From positions 128,960,001-129,024,000 of the forward strand of contig OX597818.1 in the NCBI GenBank assembly GCA_951406725.2: 64,000 bases of DNA, written 5' to 3'. The DNA comes from Octopus vulgaris (Eukaryota). Each line of letters begins with the position of its first letter. Position 1 is the first letter of the stretch. Under the pieces are notes generated by a model. It was given only the letters and a program-made list of their open reading frames with translations. It did no database searches and had not been told where the DNA came from. Below, piece by piece: positions 12,036 through 25,657 of this stretch. Both the position numbers and the translations under genes were made by a program.

Positions 12036-12452
12036 GATCTTTTCGGTTTGAACGGCAGTTTTTTCTAGCGGTGTTATATGAAATTGTCACCCATAATTAT
12101 GACCCTAGTATCGATCTATTGCATTTCAATCTGTTTTAGGGTTAGGGTTAGGGTTGGGGGGAGGGTATCTTTTTTTCTTCACAAATGTAAATAAACCCAA
12201 TCTGTTTCTTAAACGAGGGACATATTCATACGGCACAGAATGTTTTTTTTACCTCAATGGATGTCATTGATTGGTTGAAATTGCAGAAATTGAAGAAAAA
12301 AAACAACAAATATCTTACAAACTATAGAATTTTCTCAATAAAGCCAAGAGAAAAAGATGTTTTATAAACACATTCTACCAGTATACGAAGTTTAAAAGTG
12401 TTTAGTTACCTAGAAATTATGTTAAAAACTGCCGTTCAAACCGAAAAGATCC
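12035..12452. mobile_element. MITE with 29-bp perfect TIRs and internal (TTAGGG)3
   Basis: GGATCTTTTCGGTTTGAACGGCAGTTTTT / AAAAACTGCCGTTCAAACCGAAAAGATCC; TTAGGG x3 at 12136-12153. Confidence 0.85.
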
Positions 12453-12629
12453 CCCCTACTCTCTCTCTCTCATACCTTGCGCGCGCGCACATTCACTCTC
12501 ACACACACGCACACACATATGCGCGCGCGCTCATACACACTCACACATTCACCTATTTAATAGGCAGAGAGCATTGAATTCTCTTTTGCTGTTTTCATCC
12601 ATTTAAGTTGACCATATTTACATGTTTAC

Positions 12630-12962
12630 GTGTATGTATGTATGTATGCATGTATGTGTGAATGTATTTATGTGTGTGTGTATGTATGTATGTATGCATG
12701 TATGTGTGAATGTATTTATGTGTGTGTGTATGTATGTATGCATGTATGTGTGAATGTATTTATGTGTGTGTGTATGTATGTATGTATGTATGTATGTATG
12801 TATGTATGTGTGAATGTATTTATGTGTGTGTGTATGTATGTATGTGTGAATGTATTTATGTGTGTATGTATGTATGTACGTATGTATGTGTGTATTTATG
12901 TATGTGCGTGTGTGTGTATATGTATGCACGTATGTGTGTATATATGTATGTATATATGTATG

Positions 12963-12996
<34 letters not shown>

Positions 12997-13140
12997 TGTA
13001 TGTATGTATGTATGTATGTATGTATGTATGTATGTATGTATGTATGTATGTATGTATGTATGTATGTATGTATATGTATGTATGTATATGTATGTATGTA
13101 TGTATATATGTATATATGTATATGTATGTGTGTGTGTGCG
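12630..13140. repeat. (TATG)n/(TG)n microsatellite
   Basis: direct reading. Confidence 0.95.
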
Positions 13141-13304
13141 TATGTGTCCTATGATGAATCGGAGTTTGGCCAAAAGTCAGGTAATTTGTATGGATTTATT
13201 CATTGTGGCGGTGGCAGTTAAGTCTTATGTCGTTACTGTTACAGTAATTGGTATATTGGTACAGCATTAGATGACAACCAGGTAGCGTACTGACCTACTT
13301 CGAT

Positions 13305-13890
13305 ACCACCACCACCACCACCACCACCGATATCACCTATATCATCATCATCTCCACCACCACCACCATCATGACTATAACCGCTGCCGCAACACTGATC
13401 ACGACAACGACGACGACCACCACCACCACTACCACCACCACGACCACCACGACCACCACCACTACCACGACGACGACGACCACCACCACTACCACCACTA
13501 CCACCACCACCACCACCACCACCACCACCACCACCACCACCACCACTACCACCACTACCACGACGACGACGACGACGACCACCACCACCACCACCACCAC
13601 CACTACCACGACCACCACTACCACGACCACCACTACCACCACCACCACCATCACCACCACTATCACCACCACCACTACCATCACCACCACCACCACCACC
13701 ACTATCACCACCACCACTACCATCACCACCACCAAAACACCGACGGTCACCATTACCGCCACCGCCACAACGCTGACGGCCACCATCACGACCGCTGCAA
13801 ACGCCACCATCGCCATCGCCACCATCGCCATCGCCACCGACATCCCGATCTCTATTACCCTTGCCATCATCATCATCATCATCATCATAA
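13305..13890. repeat. (ACC/ACG/ATC)n compound microsatellite
   Basis: direct reading. Confidence 0.95.
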
Positions 13891-14190
13891 CTGTCGCCTC
13901 CACTTCCTTCAACCTAAATCCTGTCAGTTATCACCAACGTCTCCACAACTACTATAAACTCCGGTGGTAAGTTTTATCGTCTCTCAAAAGCCATTTGTCT
14001 CCCAAAAGCCTCTCTCTCCCAAATACCTCTTGTCCCCTCAAAGCTTTTAGTTTTCCAAAAGTCTTTACAGTTTTCCTGTGCTACCATTTCTTCCACACTG
14101 CTGTACTAATGATTACACAAGTTGATACAACCACCACCACCAGAACTATCATATATCTCAAATGCAACCGTACCGTGATTCACCATCGTC

Positions 14191-14222
<32 letters not shown>

Positions 14223-14579
14223 CCACTATTCCTATCACCATCTCTTGCATCACCATTATACTCCCTATTCTGTAATGCTTCTTCGTTCTCCAGCTGGTTC
14301 CAAATGCTAGGGCTCAGATCCTTTACTGACCAATCATCAAGCTGAGCCGAGGATCAATGGCATCGCGCTGAACAGGCGTAGAGAGTCTACACTGGCAATG
14401 GGCTCTTTATTTGCACTAAATAATTGCTGCTCACATTGGCGTAAAACCAGAAATTTTGTAAAGGTGTATAGGCAGTTAAATTAACACTGGTGCTTTTTTT
14501 AAAATTTTTAAATCGGTTCAGAAATTAGAAAGACAATGCCAGCTTCTGTAAGATTTGAATTCTGGAATAAATCTTCGGG

Positions 14580-15225
14580 AAGATTTAAGTCTCCCAAAAA
14601 GCCGTTAGTCTTTTAAAAACTTTTAGTTACTCAGACGTCTTTAACCCCTCAAAAGCCTTAAGTCGCTCAAAAGCCGTTAGTCTTTCAGAAACCATTAGTC
14701 ACTCAAACGCCTTTAACCTCTCAAAAAACCGTCAGTCTTTCAAAAGTCTTTAGTCTGTCACCTAAACGCTTTTAATCTCTCAAAAGCTGCTAGTCTCTCA
14801 AAGCCTTAAGTCGTCCAAAAGCCGTTAGTCTTTCATAAGCCTTTAGTCACTCAAACGTCTTTAATCTCTTAAAAGCCGTTAGTCTTCCAAGAGCCTTACT
14901 TCTCCCTAAAACTTTAATTCTCCTAAAACCCGTTAATCTATCAAAAACCATTAGTCACTCAAACGCCTTCAACCTCTCAAGAGTCATTTATTACTCAGAC
15001 GTCTTTAACCTCTCAAAAGCCTTAAGTCTCCCAGAATCCGTTAGTCTTTCAGAAGCCTTTAGTCACCCAAACGCCTTTAATCTTTCAAAAGTCATTAGTC
15101 TCTCAAAAGCCTTAAGTCTCCCAAAAGTTGTCAGCCTTTCAAAATCCTTTAAGTCTTTCAAATGCCTTTAGTCTCTTAAATGCCTTTCGTCGCTCAAAAG
15201 CCATTTGTCTCCCAAAAGCCTCTCT
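14580..15225. repeat. degenerate 18-bp minisatellite (consensus about TCTCAAAAGCCTTTAGTC)
   Basis: roughly 35 units; the array end plus unique flank (15190-15316) is duplicated at 13978-14108. Confidence 0.85.
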
Positions 15226-15818
15226 CCCAAATACCTCTTGTCCCCGCAAAACATTTAGTTTTCCAAAAGTCTTTATAGTCTCCTGTGCTACCATTTCTTC
15301 CACACTGCTGTACTAGTTGATACAATAGAAGTACTGTAGTCAATTTTACCGGCCATCATTGATACTGTCGCTCCCTCAGAATATAGATAAAACTCAATAA
15401 AGATGAGCTCACTGCATTTACGGTATTGGCATACGTTTAATGATTAACTTTGATTTCATGTATATAGTGTCTCTCACTCATTTCTTCTCTAAACTCTCAT
15501 TTTTCTATACCAACCAGAGTACAATATCATACATTTACCTCATGATTCTCTCATCGCAACTTCAGTATATACAGTCAAGCGTACGCTTTTATCGACCCCG
15601 AAAGGATGAAAGTTAAAGTCGACCACAGTGGAATTTGAACTCAGAATGTTAAGACGAAATACCAAGGACAGACAAACGGATAAGTCGATTACATCGATCC
15701 CCAGCATTTTTATCGACCCCGAAAGGATGAAAGGCAAAGTCAACCTCGGTGGAATTTGTGTAACGATTCTTTCGCCCGGCGTGCTAACGATTCTCACCGC
15801 CGCCTTATATAAGTAATA

Positions 15819-16947
15819 CGAGGTGGTATCAAAAGGTTCCAGGACTTGTTATGTTTAATAAAGAACTTATTCACCTAAGTTTTAACGTCATCTCTTTCGA
15901 AATAGTCACCTCGCACAGCAATACATCGGTCCCAGCGTTTCTGCCCCTTTTGGAATCCGGATCGGAAGTCGTTTTCCGTAAGCGAGTCGAGGACATTCTG
16001 CAGTTTGCTTTTGATCTCGACAACGGTGTTAAAATGGCGATCTTCGCGCTGTATTTTCATCTTGGGGAAGAGATGGAAGTCCGCAGGTGCTACACTTGGT
16101 GAATAGGGTGGGTGCAGAAGCGATGCCATGTTGATTTTGGCGAGAAACTCGCGAATGAGGAGAGCTTGGTGACAGTGTGCATTTTTGTCGTGAATAATTC
16201 AATTCTTCGCGCTCCACAGAACCGGTCGGTTTCGCCGAATGTCCTCTCTAAAACCCTTCAAAACGTTGATTGTCCTCCGATAACCTTCATGCACAAGCTG
16301 ATGAATTTTTTTCCACATTTCCAGGGGTGATGCTTGTGGAAGGTCTTCCAGATCGCTCATCGTCTTCCAGGGACGTTCTTCCGGTTTTGAAGCGCCCGTG
16401 CCGCTCGAAACATTGCGAACGATCGTCGCCATAATCTGCCAAAGCATGCTCAATGTCTTTGTAACAGACTTCCCAAGTCTTTAACCTCTCAAAATTTCAT
16501 GTTAACTCTTTGTTCCAACTTCCTGTCCACGACAAAAATCACAGATTACAACATACACGTGATCACACAAAACACAAATTTCACAACTTGCAAAGTAAAC
16601 ACAGTGACGTCGCTCAGCACATCATTCATCATCATCATTGTTCGACCGTGGTCGAGACAATGGAATTTACCATGCTACGCCAGACTTCACGGTCCATCAT
16701 GGCATTACGGAGGTCCTGTTGCTGGATGCCTGTATCCCTGGAGATTACATCAGGGTAGGAGAGTGTGCGCCTTCTGGTATAGCGAGTAGATGGCTTCCAG
16801 AGGAGAAGAGTATAAATTACTTCTTTTTCAGCTCTACAACACTGTCTCATGAAGGTCTCTACTAGCTCTCACTGTGCACGCGACCGTGCGCTGCCATCTG
16901 TTGGGCGCACTGCGGAACTTGTCCAGGGACTTTTTGATATCACCTCA
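15819..16947 (-). mobile_element. mariner element with decayed transposase
   Basis: imperfect TIRs CGAGGTGGTATCAAAAGGTTCC / GGGACTTTTTGATATCACCTCA, TA flanks; HPPYSPSVAPADFHLFPKMK motif at 15875-16129. Confidence 0.9.
16621..16846 (-). mobile_element. 5'-truncated RTE LINE 3' end nested in the mariner
   Basis: LLLWKP...SYPDVISRDTG...NAMMDREVWRSMV, then stop and a (TGA)n tail. Confidence 0.8.
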
Positions 16948-17136
16948 TATATTAGTTATTAACTAATATAGTGAGAAACACCGTTGAAAGAAGCGGAGAA
17001 ATACTACGTTTTCAGCCGTTTAATCACCATGGAAGCATGGAAAAGCTCCGGTTAAATGTGCTTGAAGGCTCATGAAAGACTGCTCTTTTGAAATTTTTTC
17101 ACGTTGCCTCGGTTGATCAAGGTCGATCAATAATCT

Positions 17137-17417
17137 GTGTGCGTGCGTGTGTGTGTGTGTATGTATATGTCTATGTGTGTATGTATGTATATATGTATGT
17201 ATGTAAGTATGTATGTGTGTGTGTGTGTATGTAATTATGTATGTATGTATGTATGTATGTATGTATGTATGTATGTATGTATGTATGTATGTATGTATGT
17301 ATGTGTGTGTGTATGTATGTATGTATGTATGTATGTATGTATGTATGTATGTATGTATGTATGTATGTATGTATGTGTGTGTGTGTATGTATGTATGTGT
17401 GTGTGTATGTATGTGTA

Positions 17418-17474
<57 letters not shown>

Positions 17475-18082
17475 TACGTATGTATGTATGTGTGTATGTA
17501 TGTATGTAATTATGTATGTATGTAATTATGTATGTATGTATGTATGTATGCATGCATGTGTGTGTGTATGTATGTATGTATGCATGCATGCATGCATATA
17601 TGTATGTATGTATGTATGTGTGTGTGTGTGTGTATGTATGTATGTGTGTGTATGTATGTATGTATGTATGTATGTATGTATGTATGTATGTATGTATGTA
17701 TGCATGCATGTATGTACGTATGTATGTATGTATGTATGTATGTATGTATGCATGTATGTATGTAATTATGTATGCATGTATGTATGTATGTAATTATGTA
17801 TGCATGCATGCATGCATATATGTATGTATGTATGTATGTATGTGTGTGTGTGTATGTATGTATGTGTGTGTGTATGTATTTATGTATGTGTGTGTGTATG
17901 TATGTATGCATGCATGCATGTATGTATGTATGTATGTATGTATGTATGTATGTATGTATGTATGTATGTATGCATGTATGTATGTAATTATGTATGTATG
18001 TATGTATGCATGTATGTATGTATGTAATTATGTATGCATGTATGTATGTATGCATGTATGCATGTATGTATGTATGTATGTG
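17137..18082. repeat. (TATG)n/(TG)n microsatellite, about 950 bp
   Basis: direct reading. Confidence 0.95.
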
Positions 18083-18480
18083 CAGACCCTTGTGTTTAAA
18101 AGAAAGTTGGATGTTGGCTATGCATGAAAGGCAGAGGGCCACAATAGAAACCGCAAATGTTTGTGCGAGTGTATGTGACAATGAGTTGTCTAATACAGCG
18201 GTAATGTGACGAACAACCAAATCCATCCCAGAAGCATTGTAGGCCTCTGGGCGTATCAATGCATTGACCTTATAACATTTATTGACAGCAAGCCGCAAGA
18301 TATATGGGTCTGTATTGGACCCCTAGACCTATGGTGGCCCCTGGGCAACAACCCGGTGTACCCATGCCTTAAGAAGGCCCTGTGCGCAACATGATCAGGA
18401 CGGCCACCTGTGGTTAACAGCAAAGATTTGGTGGGCCACAGCGTATTTCATAAGACTAAAGAAATCGTAGTTATTTTATA

Positions 18481-19400
18481 TGTAGGCGCAGGCGTGGCTC
18501 TCCTCGATCACACGATTCTGGGTTCAGTCCCACTGCGTGACACCTCGGGTGAATGTCTTCTACTACTGCCCTGGGCCGACCAAAGTCTTGTGAATGGATT
18601 TAGTAGATGGGAACTAAAAGAAGACCGTCCTGTATATATATATGTGGCGCAGGAGTGGCTGTGTGGTAAGTAGCTTGGTTTGACCAACCACATGGTTCAG
18701 GGTTCAGTCCCACTGCGTGGCATCTTGGGTGTGTCTTCGCTATAGCCCGGCCGATCAATGCCTTGTGCTGGATTTGGTAGACGGAAACTCAAAGACCGGT
18801 CGTATATATGTCTATATATATATAAGTGTGTGTGTATATGTTTGTGTGTCTAGCATTGCTTGACAACCGATGCTGATGTGTTTACGTCCCCGTCACTTGG
18901 CGGTTCGGCAAAAGAGACCGATAGAATAAGTACTGGGCTGGCAGTCCCGGGGTCGATATTGCTCGACTAAAGGCGGTGCTCCAGCATGGCCGCAGTCAAA
19001 TGACTGAAACAAGTAAAAGAGTAAAAGAGAATCTGTATGTGTTTGTCCACCTCCACCGCTTGACAACTGGTATTGGTGTCTTTACATCTTCGTAACTGAG
19101 ACTTGGGAGTAGATTTGGTAGACAGAAACTGCAAGAAGCCCGCCGTGTATATAAATATATCTATGAAAGTGTCTTTGTGTCTGTATTTTTCCCTCGCCCT
19201 CATCGCTTGACAACCGGTGTTGGTGTGTTTATGTCCTCGTAAATTAGCAGTTTGGCAAAAAGAGTACGATGGAACAAGTACCCGGTTTTAAAAAAATAAG
19301 TACTGGGAACAATTTGTTCGACTAAATCCTTCAAAGCGGTGCCCCAGCATGGCCGCAGTCAAATGACTGAAAACAATCAGAAGATAACAGATAAAAGATA
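18481..19400 (+). mobile_element. cluster of nested and partial SINE A copies
   Basis: heads at 18483 and 18645; tails at about 19030 and 19395. Confidence 0.8.
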
Positions 19401-19638
19401 GTGTAATGTTTCTTTCACCATGTACCACCACCCACCACCACCACCGCGTCACGAGCCAACGAGGGAGCTTCTATGTAGTAGCGTGACATGCTAGAAATAG
19501 CAGTCAAATCTGCCTAAAAACCCACACAAGATTTTTTTTACAAAAATAAAAAAGAAAAAGAACACGGTGCTTAATGTATTCCCGGGTACACTATACCTCA
19601 ACACAAACATGTAATAAATGAAATAAATTTTTAATAAC

Positions 19639-19799
19639 AGGCGTAGGAGTGGCTGTGTGGTAAGTAGCTTGCTTACCAACCACACGGTTCCGGGTTCAAG
19701 TCCCACTGCGTGGCACCTTGGGCAAGTGTCTTCTACTATAGCCTCGGGCCGACCAAAGCCTTGTGAGTGGATTTGGTAGACGGAAACTGAAAGAAGCCC

Positions 19800-19851
<52 letters not shown>

Positions 19852-20060
19852 TATATGTTTGTGTGTCTGTGCTTATACCCCCAACATCGCTTGACAACCG
19901 ATGCTGGTGTGTTTAAAACCCCGTAACTTAGCGGTTCGGCAAAAGAGACCGATAGAATAAGTACTAGGCTTACAAAGAATAAGTCCTGGGGTCGATTTGC
20001 TCGACTAAAGGCGGTGCTCCAGCATGGCCACAGTCAAATGACTGAAACAAATAAAAGAAT
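19639..20060 (+). mobile_element. SINE A, full length
   Basis: family match, with an internal (CT)n(CA)n variant. Confidence 0.9.
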
Positions 20061-20140
20061 TTTTAAAGTTTGAAGGCTTCGGATCAACGACTTGCTCCAT
20101 CAGGCTCTACCCGGGTTAAACAACAGTCACCACCACCACA

Positions 20141-20175
<35 letters not shown>

Positions 20176-20300
20176 AAATACCACCACCACCACCCCACCA
20201 CCACTACTACTACTATCACTACTACTACTACAAATACCACCACCACCACCCCACCACCACCACTACTACTACTACAAATACTACCACCACCACCACCACC

Positions 20301-20435
<135 letters not shown>

Positions 20436-20727
20436 GCTGCTGCTACTACTGCTGCTGTTGTCGTTCAAGGCAAATGTAGAATAAAATTAGTGTCATCTAA
20501 GTGAAACTGCAGGTTAAGTTTTCAAGTTTTCAAGTCAAAATGAAAAACTAGTGACAGATTTATCTCCCTTACATCGAGATTTTGGCTTTTGCGAAATGTT
20601 TGCTCTTTGCTAAATGTCTCGTCTGCTATGGAAGAGAGTCTGGCAGCGATTTGTCGTTAGATCAGGGGACAGTGGGCTACGAGAAAATACCACACACACA
20701 CACACATCTTTTTTCAAAATTTTATTT

Positions 20728-21187
20728 TATTACTTGTTTCAGTCATTGGACCGAGGCCATGCTGGAGCACAGTACGGTAGGGTTTAATCGAACAAATATC
20801 GATTACAGTACTTACTTAAAAAGTCTGATACCTATTCTATTGGTGTGTGTTATAAGGAAGTAAACAAACCAGCATCGATTATCGAGCGGTGGTAGACAAA
20901 CACTCACACACACACACTCACACAAGCACACATACACACACAAACACACATAAATTCACACTCATACACACATACGTATACATACACATATTCAGACATG
21001 CATGTATAAATTCGCATACATACAAATACATAAATTCCCACACATACACACATACACACATAAATTCACACTCATACACACATACGTATACATACACATA
21101 CTCAGACATCGCATGTATAAATTCACACACATACGCATACATACAAATACATAAATTCCCACACATACACACATACATATACATACA

Positions 21188-21238
<51 letters not shown>

Positions 21239-21380
21239 ACACTTGCATAGATTCAGTCAAAGGCATTGGTCGGCCAGGGGCTATAGTAGAAGACACTCGA
21301 TCAGAGTACCGCGCATTGGGGCTGAACCCGAAACCACCTGCCCACAAGGCAAGCTTTCGTAACCCCACAGCTATGCCAGT
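20728..21380 (-). mobile_element. SINE A with an expanded internal repeat
   Basis: degenerate head and tail; ~110-bp internal tandem duplication at 20948-21170. Confidence 0.7.
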
Positions 21381-21680
21381 GCGTAACTGCTTAGCTAAAT
21401 ATGTTTAATTTAATTTGGATCGAGCCAAGCTTTGGGAGTTAAATTAGACGGATGACAAGTATATAGAAATCCTTTGGATGGACTATATGTGTCATTCGGA
21501 TGTCCTTCTCTCGTTTCACTGATATAACCGGAGAATTATGATAAGGGTACATGAGTCTGTTAAACGTTAACCATTTGGTATGGTAATTCAGTTGTTCAGT
21601 TGAGTGAAAAAAAATTAAATAACCATATGTCAAAACCGATGGTGCGTATGTGTGTGTGCGTGCGCGTGGGGAGGAGATTC

Positions 21681-21804
<124 letters not shown>

Positions 21805-21953
21805 AAAAATGGGACAAGAACGCAAAACGTTTAGAAGACGATACAAAAAACACGGACGGGACATTCGAAGCCTTCAATCTTCAGTCAAGAACCGGATCAT
21901 CCTCGCAATTTCGGTTGAATATATATGCACACACACACACATGCATACATATA

Positions 21954-23262
21954 TTGGGTGCGGTAAATAAATTGTCTAAATTATGCAAAAATGAAAATAA
22001 CACTGGCGTCTTATTTTAATAGATATATTTACGAAAATTACATAAAAATATCTTGAAATACTAAAGAGTAAATTTATTCAATAAAATCGCCATTGGCTTC
22101 AACCAAGGCCTCCAAACGACTTCAGAATTTCCTACAACTCTTCTGGACGGTCTCCTTGTTTAAGTTGGTGAATGCTTCCATAATCCTTGCCTTCAGTTCA
22201 TCTTTGGTGTTACAAAGGAGTTTCGTTTGGTCTTGCGCTTCTCACATAATAATCAAGGAGGTTGCAGCCTGGGGAGTTAGTTGGCCAGATGTTAAGGGTG
22301 ATGTGGTCGCAGAAATTGTCTGACAGCCATGGCTGGGTTCTCCAGCTTACGCAGCATGGTGCAGAGTCCTGTTGCCAGATATTGGGTCTTCCAGTAACTA
22401 CCCTCTTGACCCAGGGCAGCACTACCTCCTCCAGGCACTTGATGTAGGCCTCCGTGTTGAGCCTGAGGCTGTGTAGGAAGATGAATGGAGGCATAACTTC
22501 GCTATCACTAGTGATCACTTCAAACACCATGATGTTGACTAGATGTTTGATTTTTATCACTCTGTACGTTTTGAGGACATGGCAAGCCAACAGTTGATCT
22601 GTGCCTTCACCATTCGTCCCGCTTAGAGTTGCATCCAGTAGCGGGGGCTACTGGCAGAAATTTTTCTCGTCTGAGAAAAACCAAAGTATGTTCGGTTGGA
22701 GGGGGTGCTTGAGTTTGTTCAAAAGCTTCGTAGCGCAGTCTTTCCTCTTGTCCTTGATGGCTTGAGATAAAAATTAGCCCTTTCTCATCTTGTATGAAGA
22801 ATACTGAATATCTTCATGCATTACCTTCCTGATAAGAAACTCGGACACTCCCATATCCCTGGTGATAGACCTGATTGACTTGGAGGGAGCGTTGTCAATC
22901 ATGGCCTGGATCTAACCACCAAATTCAGGTGTTATTTTCTTATCAAAACGATCAGAGTGTGTTTTCCAAGCTGTCGTACCTTCGTAATTGCCATTAGACT
23001 CATCCAACTCTTTCTGAATCCTCTGCACTGTTCTCAGATTGATCAAAACACTCTGGAATGTTTGAATTGGAGCTTCCGGTGTGAATGCCAAGTAGTACAG
23101 CATGTCGTTTCCAAATTTCTAGCAGTGTAAAATGCATCATAGTACAGCTTTCCTCACAGACGGTGCCCAACGGATCTTACTGCGTAGTCGACAAAATCAA
23201 AAATAATGGGCAAGCGCGAAATTGAAAATATAAACTAGCGACAATTTACCTATTGCACCCTG
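21954..23262 (-). mobile_element. maT-type (DD37D) Tc1/mariner element, decayed
   Basis: LWFFSDEKNF near 22660-22686; QQDSAP...NSPGCNLLD with 37 residues between the second and third D; imperfect TIRs GGGTGC...AAATTGTC. Confidence 0.85.
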
Positions 23263-23277
23263 TATACACATACATGC

Positions 23278-23309
<32 letters not shown>

Positions 23310-23312
<3 letters not shown>

Positions 23313-23490
23313 TCTTTACTACCCACAAGGGGCTAAACACAAAGGGGATAAACAAGGACGTACTTAATTTATCGACCCCGAAAGGATGAAAGGCAAAGCC
23401 GACCTCGGCGGAATTTGAACCCAGAACGTAACGGCAGACGAAATACGGCTACGCATTTCGCCCAGCGTGCTAACGTTTCTGCCAGCTCAA
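23310..23490 (-). mobile_element. SINE B with an internal deletion
   Basis: reverse complement of family B. Confidence 0.85.
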
Positions 23491-23494
23491 ACTC

Positions 23495-23953
23495 TTTCAT
23501 TCATTCATTCATACATATATACATACATACATGTATACATACATACATACATACATACATACATGTATACATACATACATACATACATACATGCATGCAT
23601 GCATACATACATACATACATATCTATACATACATACATACATACATACATACATACATACATACATACATACATACATACATACATGCATACATACATGC
23701 ATACATACATACATATCTATACATACATACATACATACATACATACAAACAGACATACATACATACATACAAACAGACATGCATACATACACACACACAT
23801 ACATACATACATACATACATACATACATACATACATACATACATACATACATACATACATACATGCATGCATGCATGCATACATACATACACACACACAT
23901 ACATACACACACACATACATACACACACACACACATACATACACTCCCCCCAC

Positions 23954-23986
<33 letters not shown>

Positions 23987-24028
23987 TACATACACCCCCA
24001 CACACACATACATACATACATACATACA
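23495..24028. repeat. (CATA)n/(CA)n microsatellite
   Basis: direct reading. Confidence 0.95.
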
Positions 24029-24301
24029 AGGCAATCAATAGGCAGAGTTGTTACAGGATCGAATAAAATGTGTTGTAATATTTGTTGCTTCTGTATTCTG
24101 TGTTAAAATTCTACAAAGTTTAACGTTGCCTTTTACTTTTTTCAAGGTTGATAAATAAAATACCAGCCCAGTGTTGTCTCTCACCAGCTGTCATCAACTG
24201 GATGTTCACCAGGCTGGCAGGCCTGAGGGCTGCTGTGTCTATGTATGACAATATGGGTATGTAAAACCTTTTTAAAAAAAGCATGATACGTACTAATACT
24301 G

Positions 24302-24723
24302 AAGGCGGCGAGCTGGCAGAACCGTTAGCACGCCGGGCGAAATGCGCAGCCGTATTTCGTCTGCCGTTACATTCTGAGTTCAAATTCCGCCGAGGTCGAC
24401 TTTGCCTTTCATCCTTTCGGGGCCAATAAATTAAGTACCAGTTACGCACTGGGGTTGATATCATCGACTTAATCCGTCTGTCTGTCCTTGTTTGTCAACC
24501 TCTGTGTTTAGCCCCTTGTGGGCGTGCGAAATGTGTAGCCGTATTTTGTCTGCCATTACGTTCTGAGTTCAAATTCCGGCGAGGTCGACTTTGCCTTTCA
24601 TCCTTTCGGGGCCGATAAATTAAGTACCAGTTATGCACTGGGGTTGATATAATCGACTTAATACCTATGTCTGTCCTTGTTTGTCCCCTCTGTGTTTAGC
24701 CTCTTGTGGGTAGTAAAGAAATA
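24302..24723 (+). mobile_element. SINE B dimer with TSD
   Basis: TSD GATACGTACTAATAC / GATATGTACTAATAC. Confidence 0.9.
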
Positions 24724-25657
24724 GATATGTACTAATACCAAATCACCCTCGATTACAACTGATCGCCATGATACACACACGCATGCACGCACGTGCGAAC
24801 ACACACACACACACACACACACACATTGTCAGTAGTTCATATATCCAAAACAGAAGCAGAATCTTAAGCATTAGAGCAGTAATATATTTTTTAGGAAGTT
24901 TGGTGCCCCAGCATGGCCGCGGCCTTCGGGCTAAAACATTTTAAAGGATTTATACCTATACGGCTAAACGCTTTATAGCTGCGAAACCAATGGTCACTCT
25001 ACGACCGGCCATAACTTTTAACTTCCCGATATATATATTTACATATTAAGTAAAAAGCAGCTCTAGTATAATAAACATTATTAACCAGGTATGGTTAATA
25101 ATATTTAGGTTTGCAATTTCCAGGTATGCCAACACATTATTTTACAAGCTATGAGCATATAAGTTGTGGACTGGCTGGGTAACTTGCCTTCAGCTCTGGC
25201 TGGTACGTGATGTTGATGAGCCACAAAAATGGGGAAACATCAGCGTCCATCACTGCCAAATGGGATTGAAAGTGAGTTACCTCGTCTGTCCATGACTCTG
25301 AGGTATTTTAACAACCGGTACACTGTAAGTGTATGTACTGAGCCACGCTATTGCAACCACCGGAAAATACATGAAGCATATATATTAAGTATATGTTAAG
25401 TATACGTTAAGTATATGTTAAGTATATGTTAAGTATATGAATAATATACATTTGTTTGTTTGTTCGTTCATTCGTTCGTTCGTACGTACGGCTTGCTTGC
25501 TTGCATGCTTGCTTGCTTGCATACATACATACATATAGGAAAAATAAGAATGGAGAAAATCACATCTTTAATTGGTGATTACCCCATACATTACTGACAA
25601 TGGTTTCTGTTGTGCCAGCATACTTAGATACAGAAAAAAGTATAAAATATCAGTTAA

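Noticed and set aside
12136-12153. telomere or chromosome-fusion scar
   Set aside because: only three units, internal to a MITE
12618-13270. [16 protein letters not shown] repeat ORFs (also 4708-5238, 17020-18298, 23415-24106, 54916-55523, 59521-59914)
   Set aside because: translations of (TATG)n, (TA)n and (ATCT)n
14580-15225. CRISPR-like array
   Set aside because: contiguous degenerate tandem units with no unique spacers, no cas genes, eukaryotic context
21439-21557. Tudor-like exon (IRMTHIVHPKDFYIL)
   Set aside because: short resemblance only; no convincing donor before the stop
21860-21890. hammerhead-like CTGAAGA...TTCGAATGTC on the minus strand beside (AT)n
   Set aside because: GAAA incomplete and stem II marginal; may be a Penelope-like fragment but not supportable
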